A stretch of DNA of 64,000 nucleotides from a virus. The notes beneath the pieces were generated by a model. It did no database searches and was not told where the DNA came from. It was given only the letters and a program-made list of their open reading frames with translations. Every line of letters begins with the position of its first letter. Position 1 is the first letter of the stretch. Location: positions 64,001-128,000 of the IMG/VR virus record IMGVR_UViG_3300034782_000062; one strand, written 5' to 3'. The position numbers and the translations under genes are program-made. Positions 8,393-16,880 of this stretch are shown in pieces.

Positions 8393-8647
8393 ATGCCCCA
8401 AACCGAGCCGGTCGAAGCCGATTCTGTATGGACACAGTTCGGCGAAGCGATCGGAGCTTTCGTCAATCACCCGGACTACTACAAGGGTCGCTGGTTCGTT
8501 CAGTGGCGCGGCGGTCGTCGGGTCTGCTCGAATCACACCACCGCTTCCGCATGGTGCAAGTACCTGCGCCGCAACTTCAACGACGGCTGGACCGCAACCA
8601 TCGGTCGGGCCGACCCTCTGCCGGGATTCCCTCGGCGGCTCCATTAA
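8393..8647 (+). CDS. Hypothetical protein
   Basis: Palindrome plus SD AAGGAG immediately upstream of ATG 8393. Confidence 0.7.
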   Translation: MPQTEPVEADSVWTQFGEAIGAFVNHPDYYKGRWFVQWRGGRRVCSNHTTASAWCKYLRRNFNDGWTATIGRADPLPGFPRRLH

Positions 8648-8660
8648 CCTTTAACACCTT

Positions 8661-8696
8661 CTCTGTTGCAGCAGCTTTCGCGTGCAACAGGGACCA
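8661..8696 (+). ncRNA. Class II hairpin-ACCA (cap GCAGCTTTCGCG)
   Basis: 10-bp stem CTCTGTTGCA/TGCAACAGGG, then A-CCA. Confidence 0.65.
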
Positions 8697-8759
8697 GTTT
8701 TTTTGTCAGAAGTCAGCAACTATGTTCGTCCTGTACAATGGACGAAGAAAGGAGCAGCC

Positions 8760-9233
8760 ATGCTTGCAGCATTGGTCGCAGAAGAAATCAAGCGTATGGA
8801 GCACGAGGACCAGTGCCCATGCCTCCCTTGCTCGATCAACTCGCTCCTACGTGACGTCGGTCGCTGGAAGCACATGCACGGGGAGTGCGACTGCCCGGTC
8901 TGTGAGCGCGGAATCGAGGCGATCACCAAGCACGGTAACGAGCTTGAGCGCATGAAGGCCGAGTACGAAAAGCGTCTTGAAGACGCAGACACAGACGACA
9001 TCGTCATCATCACACCTGAGCGGCACGCGCAGGCCGAAGAAGCTCGAAAGCTCATCCCCGTCATGGAAGCACAGATGGCGATGCTCGTCGCCACAATCGC
9101 TGAGCTTCTCGAAGACTTCCACCTCACTCTGAGAGCAGCCCACGCGGCTTTCGACGCCATCGCTGGCGAGCGGCAAGAGCCCGAGGCTGTTGTCGTTCGA
9201 CTTCAGCCTCGCCACGACTTCAGCATCAACTAG
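8760..9233 (+). CDS. Hypothetical protein, Cys/His-rich N-terminus and coiled coil
   Basis: SD GAAAGGAGCAGCC-ATG. Confidence 0.75.
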   Translation: MLAALVAEEIKRMEHEDQCPCLPCSINSLLRDVGRWKHMHGECDCPVCERGIEAITKHGNELERMKAEYEKRLEDADTDDIVIITPERHAQAEEARKLIPVMEAQMAMLVATIAELLEDFHLTLRAAHAAFDAIAGERQEPEAVVVRLQPRHDFSIN

Positions 9234-9256
9234 CTACCAATAGACAAACAAAAAAT

Positions 9257-9293
9257 CCTCAAGACGGTTAGCTTTCGCGCCGCTTGAGGACCA
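9257..9293 (+). ncRNA. Class II hairpin-ACCA (cap TTAGCTTTCGCG)
   Basis: CCTCAAG(A)CGG/CCGCTTGAGG, then A-CCA. Confidence 0.6.
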
Positions 9294-9509
9294 TGGTTCT
9301 CGACGCTGGAGGCGTCGGTATGCCGAGTTATCACGAATGAAGGCCAGGGTGGTAACGCCCCCATGTCACAGACGGGAGAAAGGCATGAAAAGGCCGACCG
9401 AGAAGGGAAGGCGTGGATGAAAGCCATCGAACCGGTGTAGATGGTGAGTAAGGTACGGCTTCGAGAATCATGTTTTTAGCGTCTACAGGACGCAGAGAGG
9501 AGGGATACC

Positions 9510-9938
9510 ATGAAGAAACGACAGTATGAAATGTATGTTGGGTTTGGAGTGCCCGGCGGACACTGGAACACCAAGTTCATCGAAGCCTCAACGCCCGAGG
9601 AGGCAGAAGAGAAGCTGCTCGAAAGACTGGACCGCGAAGGTGTTGAGCACGTCTCGTTTGTCGGCGTCTACCATGAGGGCGACATCATCGAGGACGGCGA
9701 AGACGATGAAGACGAGGACTGGAGCGCCTACTGCGACTACGAACTGAGCGACAACCAAAAGCAGTTCGTTCGGGACGCCGAGGAGCAGGGGCTCGAAATC
9801 AATTGGGACTATTCCGGTCGAGGCATGTTCGGAAAGTGCTGCCCCGCCGTCATGGTCGATGGGCTCGGCGAGTTTCACACGACAGCAAACTACGAGTCCG
9901 ATAGCATGGGGCTCGGGTTCGTCATCTACGCCCGGTAA
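9510..9938 (+). CDS. Hypothetical acidic phage protein
   Basis: SD AGGAGGG. Confidence 0.8.
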   Translation: MKKRQYEMYVGFGVPGGHWNTKFIEASTPEEAEEKLLERLDREGVEHVSFVGVYHEGDIIEDGEDDEDEDWSAYCDYELSDNQKQFVRDAEEQGLEINWDYSGRGMFGKCCPAVMVDGLGEFHTTANYESDSMGLGFVIYAR

Positions 9939-9970
9939 TAATTCATCCCCAGGACTGAGTAATACGTTTT

Positions 9971-10005
9971 CTCTCGTTGGTCAGCTTTCGCGCAGCGAGG
10001 GACCA
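9971..10005 (+). ncRNA. Class II hairpin-ACCA (cap GTCAGCTTTCGCG)
   Basis: 9-bp stem CTCTCGTTG/CAGCGAGGG, then A-CCA. Confidence 0.65.
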
Positions 10006-10047
10006 TCGCGTCGCAGAATCTTTCGCGTCGCAGAGAGGAGGGATACC

Positions 10048-10743
10048 ATGTCTGATATGAAGTGCCCCAAGTGCGGGTACGACGGCGGTTGGTTCAGCAT
10101 TGAAGCGACATCCGTATTCCAAGTCGCCCCTGACGGCACTGACGATTATGGCGACGTCGAGTGGAACGATAACTCATCGTGCCAGTGCTCCGAGTGCTAT
10201 CACGAGGGAACGGTTATCGAGTTCACGCCAGTTCTTCCGCGAGTCAAAGAGAAGCTAATCGAACTGGCTGGCTACGTTGACTCGGCTGACATCCAGCTCA
10301 TCGACGCGATCCGGGGCATCGCCGACCACTGCGAATACAAAACCGAGAATCAGGTTTTCGATGAGCTGCTAAAACTCGGTCACGAGATCGTGGACGCCGA
10401 GTCGTTCGACGAACTGACGGTACTCGATCTGTTCATGTGCGCCCACTGGCTCACCCGATGCCAGTATCACGAGATCATTCTCTGCTACGACGATCGGAGC
10501 TGGGACAACGTCTATGTCCGCGCACCGTCCGCCGAGCAAGCGCGCCTCGTCGCCTACGACGAGAATTCTGCTCCCTACGCTTTCCATGTTCAAGAAATCC
10601 CCGAGACTGAGCTTTCCGACTACGCGATCGACATCGGAGAGCAGCCCTTCGACTGGAAAGAGGACCAAACTCAGCGTGCATTCGAGGAGGCCGGGAAGCT
10701 CGCTGACAGCGCCGTGGCAGATGCGCATCAGGAGGACGACTGA
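10048..10743 (+). CDS. Hypothetical protein with N-terminal Zn ribbon
   Basis: CPKC...CQCSEC; SD AGGAGGG. Confidence 0.75.
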   Translation: MSDMKCPKCGYDGGWFSIEATSVFQVAPDGTDDYGDVEWNDNSSCQCSECYHEGTVIEFTPVLPRVKEKLIELAGYVDSADIQLIDAIRGIADHCEYKTENQVFDELLKLGHEIVDAESFDELTVLDLFMCAHWLTRCQYHEIILCYDDRSWDNVYVRAPSAEQARLVAYDENSAPYAFHVQEIPETELSDYAIDIGEQPFDWKEDQTQRAFEEAGKLADSAVADAHQEDD

Positions 10744-10934
10744 TGGCAACACAGGACAGATGGAACAAGTGGGGCCAGCATTGGCTTGCCACGCTGGAGG
10801 AGATGGAAGAGAACGCCGAGTCACCCGACGAGGAGCTGACCACCTTCGAGCGCAACCTCAAAGAGCAGTTGCAAACTATGGTCGTCCGTCCCCAGGACGA
10901 GGAAGGAAAGGACCATGACACCGACCGAGATTGA
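10743..10934 (+). CDS. Small hypothetical protein
   Basis: TGATG coupling to the upstream gene; overlaps the next gene by 20 nt. Confidence 0.55.
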   Translation: MATQDRWNKWGQHWLATLEEMEENAESPDEELTTFERNLKEQLQTMVVRPQDEEGKDHDTDRD

Positions 10935-11229
10935 AATGCTCAAGCTCCACGACAAGTTCCTCGCATTTATTAAGCGAGGCAGAATCAAGTGGGAAATGCT
11001 GCCCATTAAGGACCACCCAGAGGCGATGGGCTACACCGGCACCTACGGACGATCTCCTCTCTGGCGTTTCGTTGTCGCTTCATTCGACATCGAGAACCAG
11101 GGCTTCCCCCCCGGATCCAAGGGCTATGATGGCACCGCGACCGATCTTAGCAGCGGGCGCGTCATCCATTTGCCCCGCGAGACCGCTACCGCTCTCGGCC
11201 AGGACGCTGAAAAGGCGTTTATTCAGTAA
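10915..11229 (+). CDS. Hypothetical protein
   Basis: Palindrome plus purine-rich RBS upstream. Confidence 0.7.
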   Translation: MTPTEIEMLKLHDKFLAFIKRGRIKWEMLPIKDHPEAMGYTGTYGRSPLWRFVVASFDIENQGFPPGSKGYDGTATDLSSGRVIHLPRETATALGQDAEKAFIQ

Positions 11230-11259
11230 AAATCCCCAGGACGAAGAAAGGAGCTGACA

Positions 11260-11598
11260 TTGCGCGTCTGGTATCCAATCCCCCCGCTCTGCCTCGACGG
11301 CCCGAGGCTCACGGGCGTTCACAACGAGATTCACGCCATTAACAACATCATCCTCGACCCCGAGAAGGGCTATCAACATCACCCCGAGGTCAACCGCTGG
11401 CGCGGCTTCCTACCCGCGCTCGCTGCCTATCACGACCTCGTCGTCCAAGAATCCTGGCGACGAGGCTGGAAGATGGGCACCAACCACAAGACACCACTCT
11501 TTCACGACGGCCCGGTCGTGTGGCCCGAATTCATCGAGCCGATCGAGGTCATGCGTGCCAAGCTCGCAGCAAAGTGGGCCGCAAAACTCGCCGCGTAA
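11260..11598 (+). CDS. Pyrimidine-dimer DNA glycosylase / endonuclease V (DenV-like) family protein
   Basis: MRVW..PP..L....L...HNEIH...KGY.HHPE..RWRG...L..YH...V.E...RG...H.TPL pattern; TTG start after AAGGAG. Confidence 0.7.
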   Translation: MRVWYPIPPLCLDGPRLTGVHNEIHAINNIILDPEKGYQHHPEVNRWRGFLPALAAYHDLVVQESWRRGWKMGTNHKTPLFHDGPVVWPEFIEPIEVMRAKLAAKWAAKLAA

Positions 11599-11618
11599 TC
11601 CCCAAGACGAACATACAT

Positions 11619-11655
11619 CCTCGGCGTGGTCAGCTTCCGCGCACGCCGAGGACCG
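11619..11655 (+). ncRNA. Class II hairpin-ACCG (cap GTCAGCTTCCGCG)
   Basis: Perfect 10-bp stem CCTCGGCGTG/CACGCCGAGG, then A-CCG. Confidence 0.6.
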
Positions 11656-11664
11656 AGGTACGAA

Positions 11665-11958
11665 ATGAAAGAACGTTTTTTAATCGTGACGGACGGTGGC
11701 GGCGAGGACTTTTACTATCACCTCGTCAAGCCGAGCATCTGGGAAGAGTACGGACGGGAGTGCAAAAGGACGAAGCACTACTCTCGTGGCTCGGTCATGT
11801 CTGCGGTTAATGACCGGCTCTTTCCTAACGGTGATGTCTACGAGGCGATCATAGAGAATGAAAGCCCCGACGAAGACTTCGCCTTTTTCACAAACGCCTT
11901 CGAGGTTTTTCGGTTCTGCGAGGAGCATGGGCTGAAGATTGTCGGTGGCATCGGATAA
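11665..11958 (+). CDS. Hypothetical protein
   Basis: SD GAGGT before ATG 11665. Confidence 0.7.
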   Translation: MKERFLIVTDGGGEDFYYHLVKPSIWEEYGRECKRTKHYSRGSVMSAVNDRLFPNGDVYEAIIENESPDEDFAFFTNAFEVFRFCEEHGLKIVGGIG

Positions 11959-11990
11959 AATCCGTCCCAAGGACGGGGAAAGGAGCAGCC

Positions 11991-12803
11991 ATGACTGTTT
12001 TTTACTGGACCGTCATCTACTCGCACCGGCACGGGACCGACGCCTGGCCGGTGTTCGCTCATCAGTGCAAAGACCCTGAACGCGGCCCGACCGAGGAAGA
12101 GGTCATCGCCATCATTGGCGAGGATCTTTACGAGCCAGACAGCGAGGACGAATGGATCGAAATCGGCGGTCGCCAGACGATCGAGCTTCCCGATCACAAC
12201 GAGCTTCACTTCTGGCGCAAGACAGCCGCCGAGCTTTACGGGCTCGCCAGCGAGAGCACCATCGAGGAGCACCTGAGCGAGTTGCAGCAGCGACGATGCA
12301 CTGCAGCCCTCAACGATGAAGTCGCCGAGGGTATTGAGGACGAACCGACACCCGTGCCGACTCACTCCTTGCCACCCACCGAGACTTGGTACACCTGGCG
12401 CATCCTGGCGACGGTTGAGGGAGAAACAACCCGAAGACTCCTTGTTCCATGGTCTGACCCTCACAAGCACGAGTTCGCCTTCGATTTTATCTACAAGACG
12501 CCCGAAGAAGCCCGCGAGGGCCTGAAGACAATGGGCGCAGAAGACGACGCCGAAGAAGAGGGCTGGATTCTCTGCAAGAAGACCCTGATCCCCATCGAGC
12601 GCCTTCAGGGTGAGCCAACCCCTCGACCTCTCCCACAGACGATGCCTTCGTCCGAAGACATTTACCGAGAGCGAGCCCGAGAGTTTTTCCGACACGAGCT
12701 GGATGAGAACGACTGGGACATCGACGACGAACCCCAGGTCTCAGAGAGCAACGACGGAGCTTACGTCTCCATCTGGCGTTGGTTCCCAGCCGAAGACGAG
12801 TAA
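11991..12803 (+). CDS. Hypothetical acidic protein, probably multi-module
   Basis: SD GAAAGGAGCAGCC-ATG. Confidence 0.75.
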   Translation: MTVFYWTVIYSHRHGTDAWPVFAHQCKDPERGPTEEEVIAIIGEDLYEPDSEDEWIEIGGRQTIELPDHNELHFWRKTAAELYGLASESTIEEHLSELQQRRCTAALNDEVAEGIEDEPTPVPTHSLPPTETWYTWRILATVEGETTRRLLVPWSDPHKHEFAFDFIYKTPEEAREGLKTMGAEDDAEEEGWILCKKTLIPIERLQGEPTPRPLPQTMPSSEDIYRERAREFFRHELDENDWDIDDEPQVSESNDGAYVSIWRWFPAEDE

Positions 12804-12822
12804 CCTGTCATCCCACCATCAT

Positions 12823-12857
12823 CTCTGTCCCCGGCTGATACCCGAGGACAGGGACCA
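12823..12857 (+). ncRNA. 35-nt minihelix-ACCA (class I)
   Basis: CTCTGTCCCCGG/CCGAGGACAGGG (11 of 12 paired); 7-nt loop CTGATAC; then A-CCA. Confidence 0.65.
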
Positions 12858-12890
12858 AAATTTCGTCCCCAGGACGAGTAAGGAGGGACC

Positions 12891-13091
12891 ATGAAAGCGC
12901 GTTGCCCGAACGACACGAACCACAGAAGGTTCATCACCGTGACGCATGTCACCGAGGACTGGGTTGTCGATGAGAACGGCGAGTACGTGGAATCTGCCGA
13001 CTCTGGTGTCGGCGAAGTTGTCCACGGCCCCGACCCCGACAACACCTGGACCTGTAACGAGTGCGGTGCCGAGGCAGTCGTCACTGACTAG
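12891..13091 (+). CDS. Small Zn-ribbon hypothetical protein
   Basis: CP...H and C..CG motifs; SD AGGAGGG. Confidence 0.75.
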   Translation: MKARCPNDTNHRRFITVTHVTEDWVVDENGEYVESADSGVGEVVHGPDPDNTWTCNECGAEAVVTD

Positions 13092-13103
13092 AAAGGAGCA
13101 GCT

Positions 13104-13580
13104 ATGCCCAAGTTCACTGTACGAGTCCATGAGACACACCTGGCCGACTACGTGGTCGAGGCCGAAAATCCACAGGACGCCATCGAATCCGTCAGGAACG
13201 GTAACGGCGAGCTTGCCGACGACTCGGTGGAGTTTCTGCATCTTGCTGACGAGGCGAACTGGGCAGTTTTCGAGGGAGACCAGTACGACCTCGAAGGCCC
13301 GGAACTATCGAACGATGCTGTCTGGTCAGCAGCGCACGCTTGCGAACAGCTTGAGGAAGAAATCCTGAAGATGCTCGGTGCAAAGCGCGGAACTTCCGAG
13401 GTGGAGCAAGAGCTGGTCGAGCACATGGACGAGCTTGTTCACGACGTCGCCTCCAAGGAGGGAAGCGACGTCAACAACGGTGGCCTCTCCGAGCAGCTCG
13501 AATGGCTCTGGAACGAGCTTGGTGCCGAGCACGCTCGAACGACCATCATTGAGCACGTCAAGCAGTTGAGGGCGCCATGA
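13104..13580 (+). CDS. Hypothetical acidic protein
   Basis: SD GAAAGGAG. Confidence 0.75.
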   Translation: MPKFTVRVHETHLADYVVEAENPQDAIESVRNGNGELADDSVEFLHLADEANWAVFEGDQYDLEGPELSNDAVWSAAHACEQLEEEILKMLGAKRGTSEVEQELVEHMDELVHDVASKEGSDVNNGGLSEQLEWLWNELGAEHARTTIIEHVKQLRAP

Positions 13581-14164
13581 GCTACTGCGAATGGTGCGGA
13601 AACAAACCCACCGCCGAGAAGGGCTCGTGCCCCGACTGCTTCCATCTACTCGATGGACCACTCCTCCCGGCCAAGGATGCCTTTGATCTCATCAACGACC
13701 GATGGGGAACCTGCTGCAAGGGAATCATCCTGACGATGATAACTCACATCCGGTCCCCGAACACGGCTGGCATCCCCGAGGGCGCGGACATCGACCTTTC
13801 CGACGCCGAGGTCGAAGAGCGAATCGACCGATCGCATCTGTTCATCCATCCCAAGCATGACGCTGGTGTTTCCAACAATGGCACCATGGGAGTCGAGTGC
13901 GGCATCAACCTCTACTGCGGCTTCGCTCGCTGCTACTGGATATTCGACGGCGGCGACAACACCGAGTCATTCGAGTACGGACCCGAAATCCCCTACTCGA
14001 TCGGCGAGAAACGTTTTTTCGAGGCCGTGGAAACCATCCTCGATGCAGCAGCGGACGAAGCCGAGGGCCTCGGCTACGCGCAGTGCTCCATGTGCGGCGA
14101 TCACTACCTCGCCGATGCTGGTCTCTACTGCGAGTGCCAGGTCCAACGCTCGATCGAGCCGTAA
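13577..14164 (+). CDS. Hypothetical protein with Cys clusters at both termini
   Basis: CxxC...CxxC at the N-terminus and CxxC...CxC at the C-terminus; ATGA overlap. Confidence 0.75.
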   Translation: MSYCEWCGNKPTAEKGSCPDCFHLLDGPLLPAKDAFDLINDRWGTCCKGIILTMITHIRSPNTAGIPEGADIDLSDAEVEERIDRSHLFIHPKHDAGVSNNGTMGVECGINLYCGFARCYWIFDGGDNTESFEYGPEIPYSIGEKRFFEAVETILDAAADEAEGLGYAQCSMCGDHYLADAGLYCECQVQRSIEP

Positions 14165-14177
14165 GGAGGAGGGAGCC

Positions 14178-14423
14178 ATGAAACTCAAACACTGCGTCCT
14201 GGCGATGGACACATCTGGCGACGAAATCGGCTGCATCCCGATGCCTCACGACACCGTTTTTCTCGCCGTCACCGCATGGACGACCAAGTACGAGCTGGCG
14301 CTTCTCACCAGCGGCTCTCACACCGCTCTTCTCCAGCGCTACCACGACAGCGGCGAGAAGTTCATCTGGGAGGGCCGCGAAGTCGGCGGCTTCGAGGTCG
14401 TCAGCGAGCCCATCATCGAATGA
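14178..14423 (+). CDS. Small hypothetical protein
   Basis: SD AGGAGGAGGG. Confidence 0.7.
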   Translation: MKLKHCVLAMDTSGDEIGCIPMPHDTVFLAVTAWTTKYELALLTSGSHTALLQRYHDSGEKFIWEGREVGGFEVVSEPIIE

Positions 14424-14432
14424 ATAAATCCT

Positions 14433-14467
14433 GCCCTGCGATGTGTGAAAAGCATCTCAGGGCACCA
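14433..14467 (+). ncRNA. 35-nt minihelix-ACCA (class I)
   Basis: GCCCTGCGATGT/GCATCTCAGGGC (11 of 12 paired); 7-nt loop GTGAAAA; then A-CCA; 7 nt before the SD. Confidence 0.65.
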
Positions 14468-14485
14468 TAAGGGAAAGGAGGTGAG

Positions 14486-14782
14486 ATGGCGGAACGCCGA
14501 TCAAGGCGAAGAAAAAAGAAGACTGCCGCAGACTTAAGAAGGCACGCGATTGTCTCGGCTTCAGTCCGCTACGGCATCGACCTCGACGACGAAGGGAGGG
14601 AAGAAATCCTGGAGATGATCAGGGCAGGAACAAGAAACAAAGACTGCGCCTGCATCGAACGCCAGAGCAGAAAGCGAACCCTCTGGCGTATTCGCTTTCG
14701 CAACCAAGTCTGCGGAGTGGTCTACGACTCGGACTTTCACGAGCTGGTCACGTTCATTCCGAAAGACGACCCACGGCTGTAA
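14486..14782 (+). CDS. Basic hypothetical phage protein
   Basis: SD AAGGAGGTG. Confidence 0.75.
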   Translation: MAERRSRRRKKKTAADLRRHAIVSASVRYGIDLDDEGREEILEMIRAGTRNKDCACIERQSRKRTLWRIRFRNQVCGVVYDSDFHELVTFIPKDDPRL

Positions 14783-14897
14783 CAACAGCCACAACATCAA
14801 CCGACTTCACAGAATCACGAAGTCAAAGTCGACGTTGGTTACACCTAACGTCTACGTGCTGCCGCGAAGCGCGAGCAGTACGAAAGGAGGCAGATCC

Positions 14898-15953
14898 ATG
14901 GGAGGTCAAGCGTTCAAGGGTCCAAGGCTCAACGGCTTCTTCCTCGACCCCGACGAGATCGTTCTGGTCGGAGGCAACGGCCCAAACGACGTCCCCAAGA
15001 CGGCTGAACTTGCACACCTGTACGACAAGCGCGTCCACGACAAGCCTGACGAGGGCATGGTCCGCAACATGATGGTCTACGGCGTCATCGAGGCCGTGAA
15101 GGTCCAGAAGATCGTCAGCGACGACGGAGAGAACCGCGCCTACGTCATCGACGGCCGTGGTCGAGTCATCGCAGCTCGCGAGGCGAACGTGCGTCTCCGC
15201 AGGGAGGGCAAGGAGCCGATCCTGGTTCCGATCGTCCTCAAGACCGGTGACCCGTCCAAGCTCTTCGGCATCCTCATCTCGGCGAACGAGAACCGTCGAG
15301 ACGACACCCCCATCGCCAAGGCTGAGAAGATCGCTCAGTTCATGGATATGGGGCGCGACGAGGAGGCGGCGGCGAACGCCTACGGTATCACCGTCGCCAA
15401 CGTGCGGCAGCTCCTCAAGCTGCTGGACCTCGCCCCGAAGGTGCAGACCATGATCAAGAAGGGCACCCTCTCGGCGTCGGCTGCCACTCAGCTCGTCAAG
15501 CTCCCACATGCGGAGCAGGTCACGAAGGCCGAGGAGGTCATCGCGAGCGGCGTCAAGCCGACGGCTCGGAATATCAGCCGCTCTACCGGAAACCGCCCGG
15601 TCACTCCATCGAAGCGCGTCGTGCAGAAGCTCGTCGCCCTCGACAAGAAGCCCGAAATCGCGGAGAAGTACGACTCCTTCTGGGGCGCCCTCCAGTTCAT
15701 GCTGGGCCAGGTAACCCTGGAGGACGTCGGCCTCGCCGAGGTCGTCGCGGAGCTGAAGGCCAAGAAGAAGAAGGCCAAGAAGGGCAACGCGAAGGGCTCG
15801 AAGAAGGGCAACTCCAAGCAGCAAACGTTGCCGCTCGACGAGAAGGGCAAGAAGTCCCCGGCCAAGACCACCTCCAAGACCAAGACCCCGCCGAAGAAGG
15901 GTCCGACCATCGCGAAGAAGAAGGGATCCGCGAAGAAGGACGCCGCCGCCTAG
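14898..15953 (+). CDS. ParB/Spo0J-like protein (ParB-N + HTH + Lys-rich tail)
   Basis: YVIDGRGRVIAA (GxxRxxA CTP-binding motif), ISANENRRD, AAANAYGITVANVRQLL helix-turn-helix; histone-H1-like K/A/P tail. Confidence 0.8.
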   Translation: MGGQAFKGPRLNGFFLDPDEIVLVGGNGPNDVPKTAELAHLYDKRVHDKPDEGMVRNMMVYGVIEAVKVQKIVSDDGENRAYVIDGRGRVIAAREANVRLRREGKEPILVPIVLKTGDPSKLFGILISANENRRDDTPIAKAEKIAQFMDMGRDEEAAANAYGITVANVRQLLKLLDLAPKVQTMIKKGTLSASAATQLVKLPHAEQVTKAEEVIASGVKPTARNISRSTGNRPVTPSKRVVQKLVALDKKPEIAEKYDSFWGALQFMLGQVTLEDVGLAEVVAELKAKKKKAKKGNAKGSKKGNSKQQTLPLDEKGKKSPAKTTSKTKTPPKKGPTIAKKKGSAKKDAAA

Positions 15954-15994
15954 TCCGTTCTGGACGACATCACCATCTTCAAGACGAAAGACAG

Positions 15995-16057
15995 ACCAGG
16001 GTTTTCCAGATCATCTGGAGGACGGTGACCGGGGTTCGACTCCCCGGCCTGGTCCCA
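15995..16057 (+). ncRNA. tRNA-like element 3, ends C-CCA overlapping the SD of the next gene
   Basis: T-arm CGGGG-TTCGACT-CCCCG; acceptor ACCAGG(G)/(G)CCTGGT with 6 of 7 pairs; internal hairpin TTTCCAGA-TCA-TCTGGAGG. Confidence 0.55.
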
Positions 16058-16068
16058 AGGAGGTCTCA

Positions 16069-16389
16069 ATGTCATCAGATGACAAAGTTCCAATACCGAA
16101 ACTTTCTGTACATCAGTGGGCAGCTCTCCTCCGCATGAAGGACTGGAACTGGGCATTCCCAAAGAATGGACACAGAGCCAACGGCCTACTACGGACGATT
16201 CGGAGTTTGCAACGCCTCGGTCTCGCAGCGTGGCTTGAACCGGGTGATACCAACCACTACGGATCGACGGTAGACGGCTATGGCTGGGACCTGACACCAG
16301 AAGGATACGCTCTTGCTCGTCAAGAGCACAGGCGCGAGCACGAGAACCCCAAGGTGCGCCGGGTGCTCTACCGGCTACGCCTCCCATAG
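16069..16389 (+). CDS. Hypothetical protein, possible winged helix
   Basis: LRTIRSLQRLGL...WDLTPEG pattern; SD AAGGAGG. Confidence 0.65.
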   Translation: MSSDDKVPIPKLSVHQWAALLRMKDWNWAFPKNGHRANGLLRTIRSLQRLGLAAWLEPGDTNHYGSTVDGYGWDLTPEGYALARQEHRREHENPKVRRVLYRLRLP

Positions 16390-16427
16390 GCATATAACTT
16401 CGTCCCCAGGACGAGAAAGGAGCAGCC

Positions 16428-16880
16428 ATGTTCGTCATGAAGTGTGACGTCTGCGGCAGAACAATCGAGATCGACCGGGACAACCCCGGCGACTCGATCA
16501 GAGAGCAAGTCAAGGGCGACTGGAGACAAGTCGAAGACTTCGACGGCAACACCTTCGACATCTGCCACGAGTGCAACAAGAAAGGCCACGTTCCCGCAAT
16601 CCTCAAGATGGAGGAGAACGGCTACTGGGAGCGGACCAGCACTCACTCACTCCTTTTCCACAGCCACGACAGTGTTCCCTCTCCCACTCTCTTCGGCGTC
16701 AACGTTCACGTCGTCGCGATCGAGGTGAAAAAGCGCGACCACCGCCGCGCCATAAACCAAGAGTCCCAGGACGAGTTGAACTGTGTCATTAGAGGCACCG
16801 GCTCCGAAGAGAGCGAGCTGCTGACAACAGAAATCGATGGGAAGCCGCACATCGTCTGGGTGGCGCCCCATGAAGTCTAA
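16428..16880 (+). CDS. Hypothetical protein with Zn ribbon
   Basis: CDVC...CHEC; palindrome plus SD upstream. Confidence 0.75.
   Translation: MFVMKCDVCGRTIEIDRDNPGDSIREQVKGDWRQVEDFDGNTFDICHECNKKGHVPAILKMEENGYWERTSTHSLLFHSHDSVPSPTLFGVNVHVVAIEVKKRDHRRAINQESQDELNCVIRGTGSEESELLTTEIDGKPHIVWVAPHEV

Noticed and set aside
14121-14129. GTCTCTACT, complementary to the CRISPR repeat 3' end (possible anti-repeat/tracrRNA)
   Set aside because: Only 9 nt, inside a CDS, 6 kb away; Cas12m-type effectors are not known to need a tracrRNA.
14823-15824. Long antisense ORFs (e.g. 14823-15824, 30623-31309, 54642-55604, 44889-45887)
   Set aside because: Shadow frames of high-GC genes whose sense frames carry recognisable motifs and SDs.
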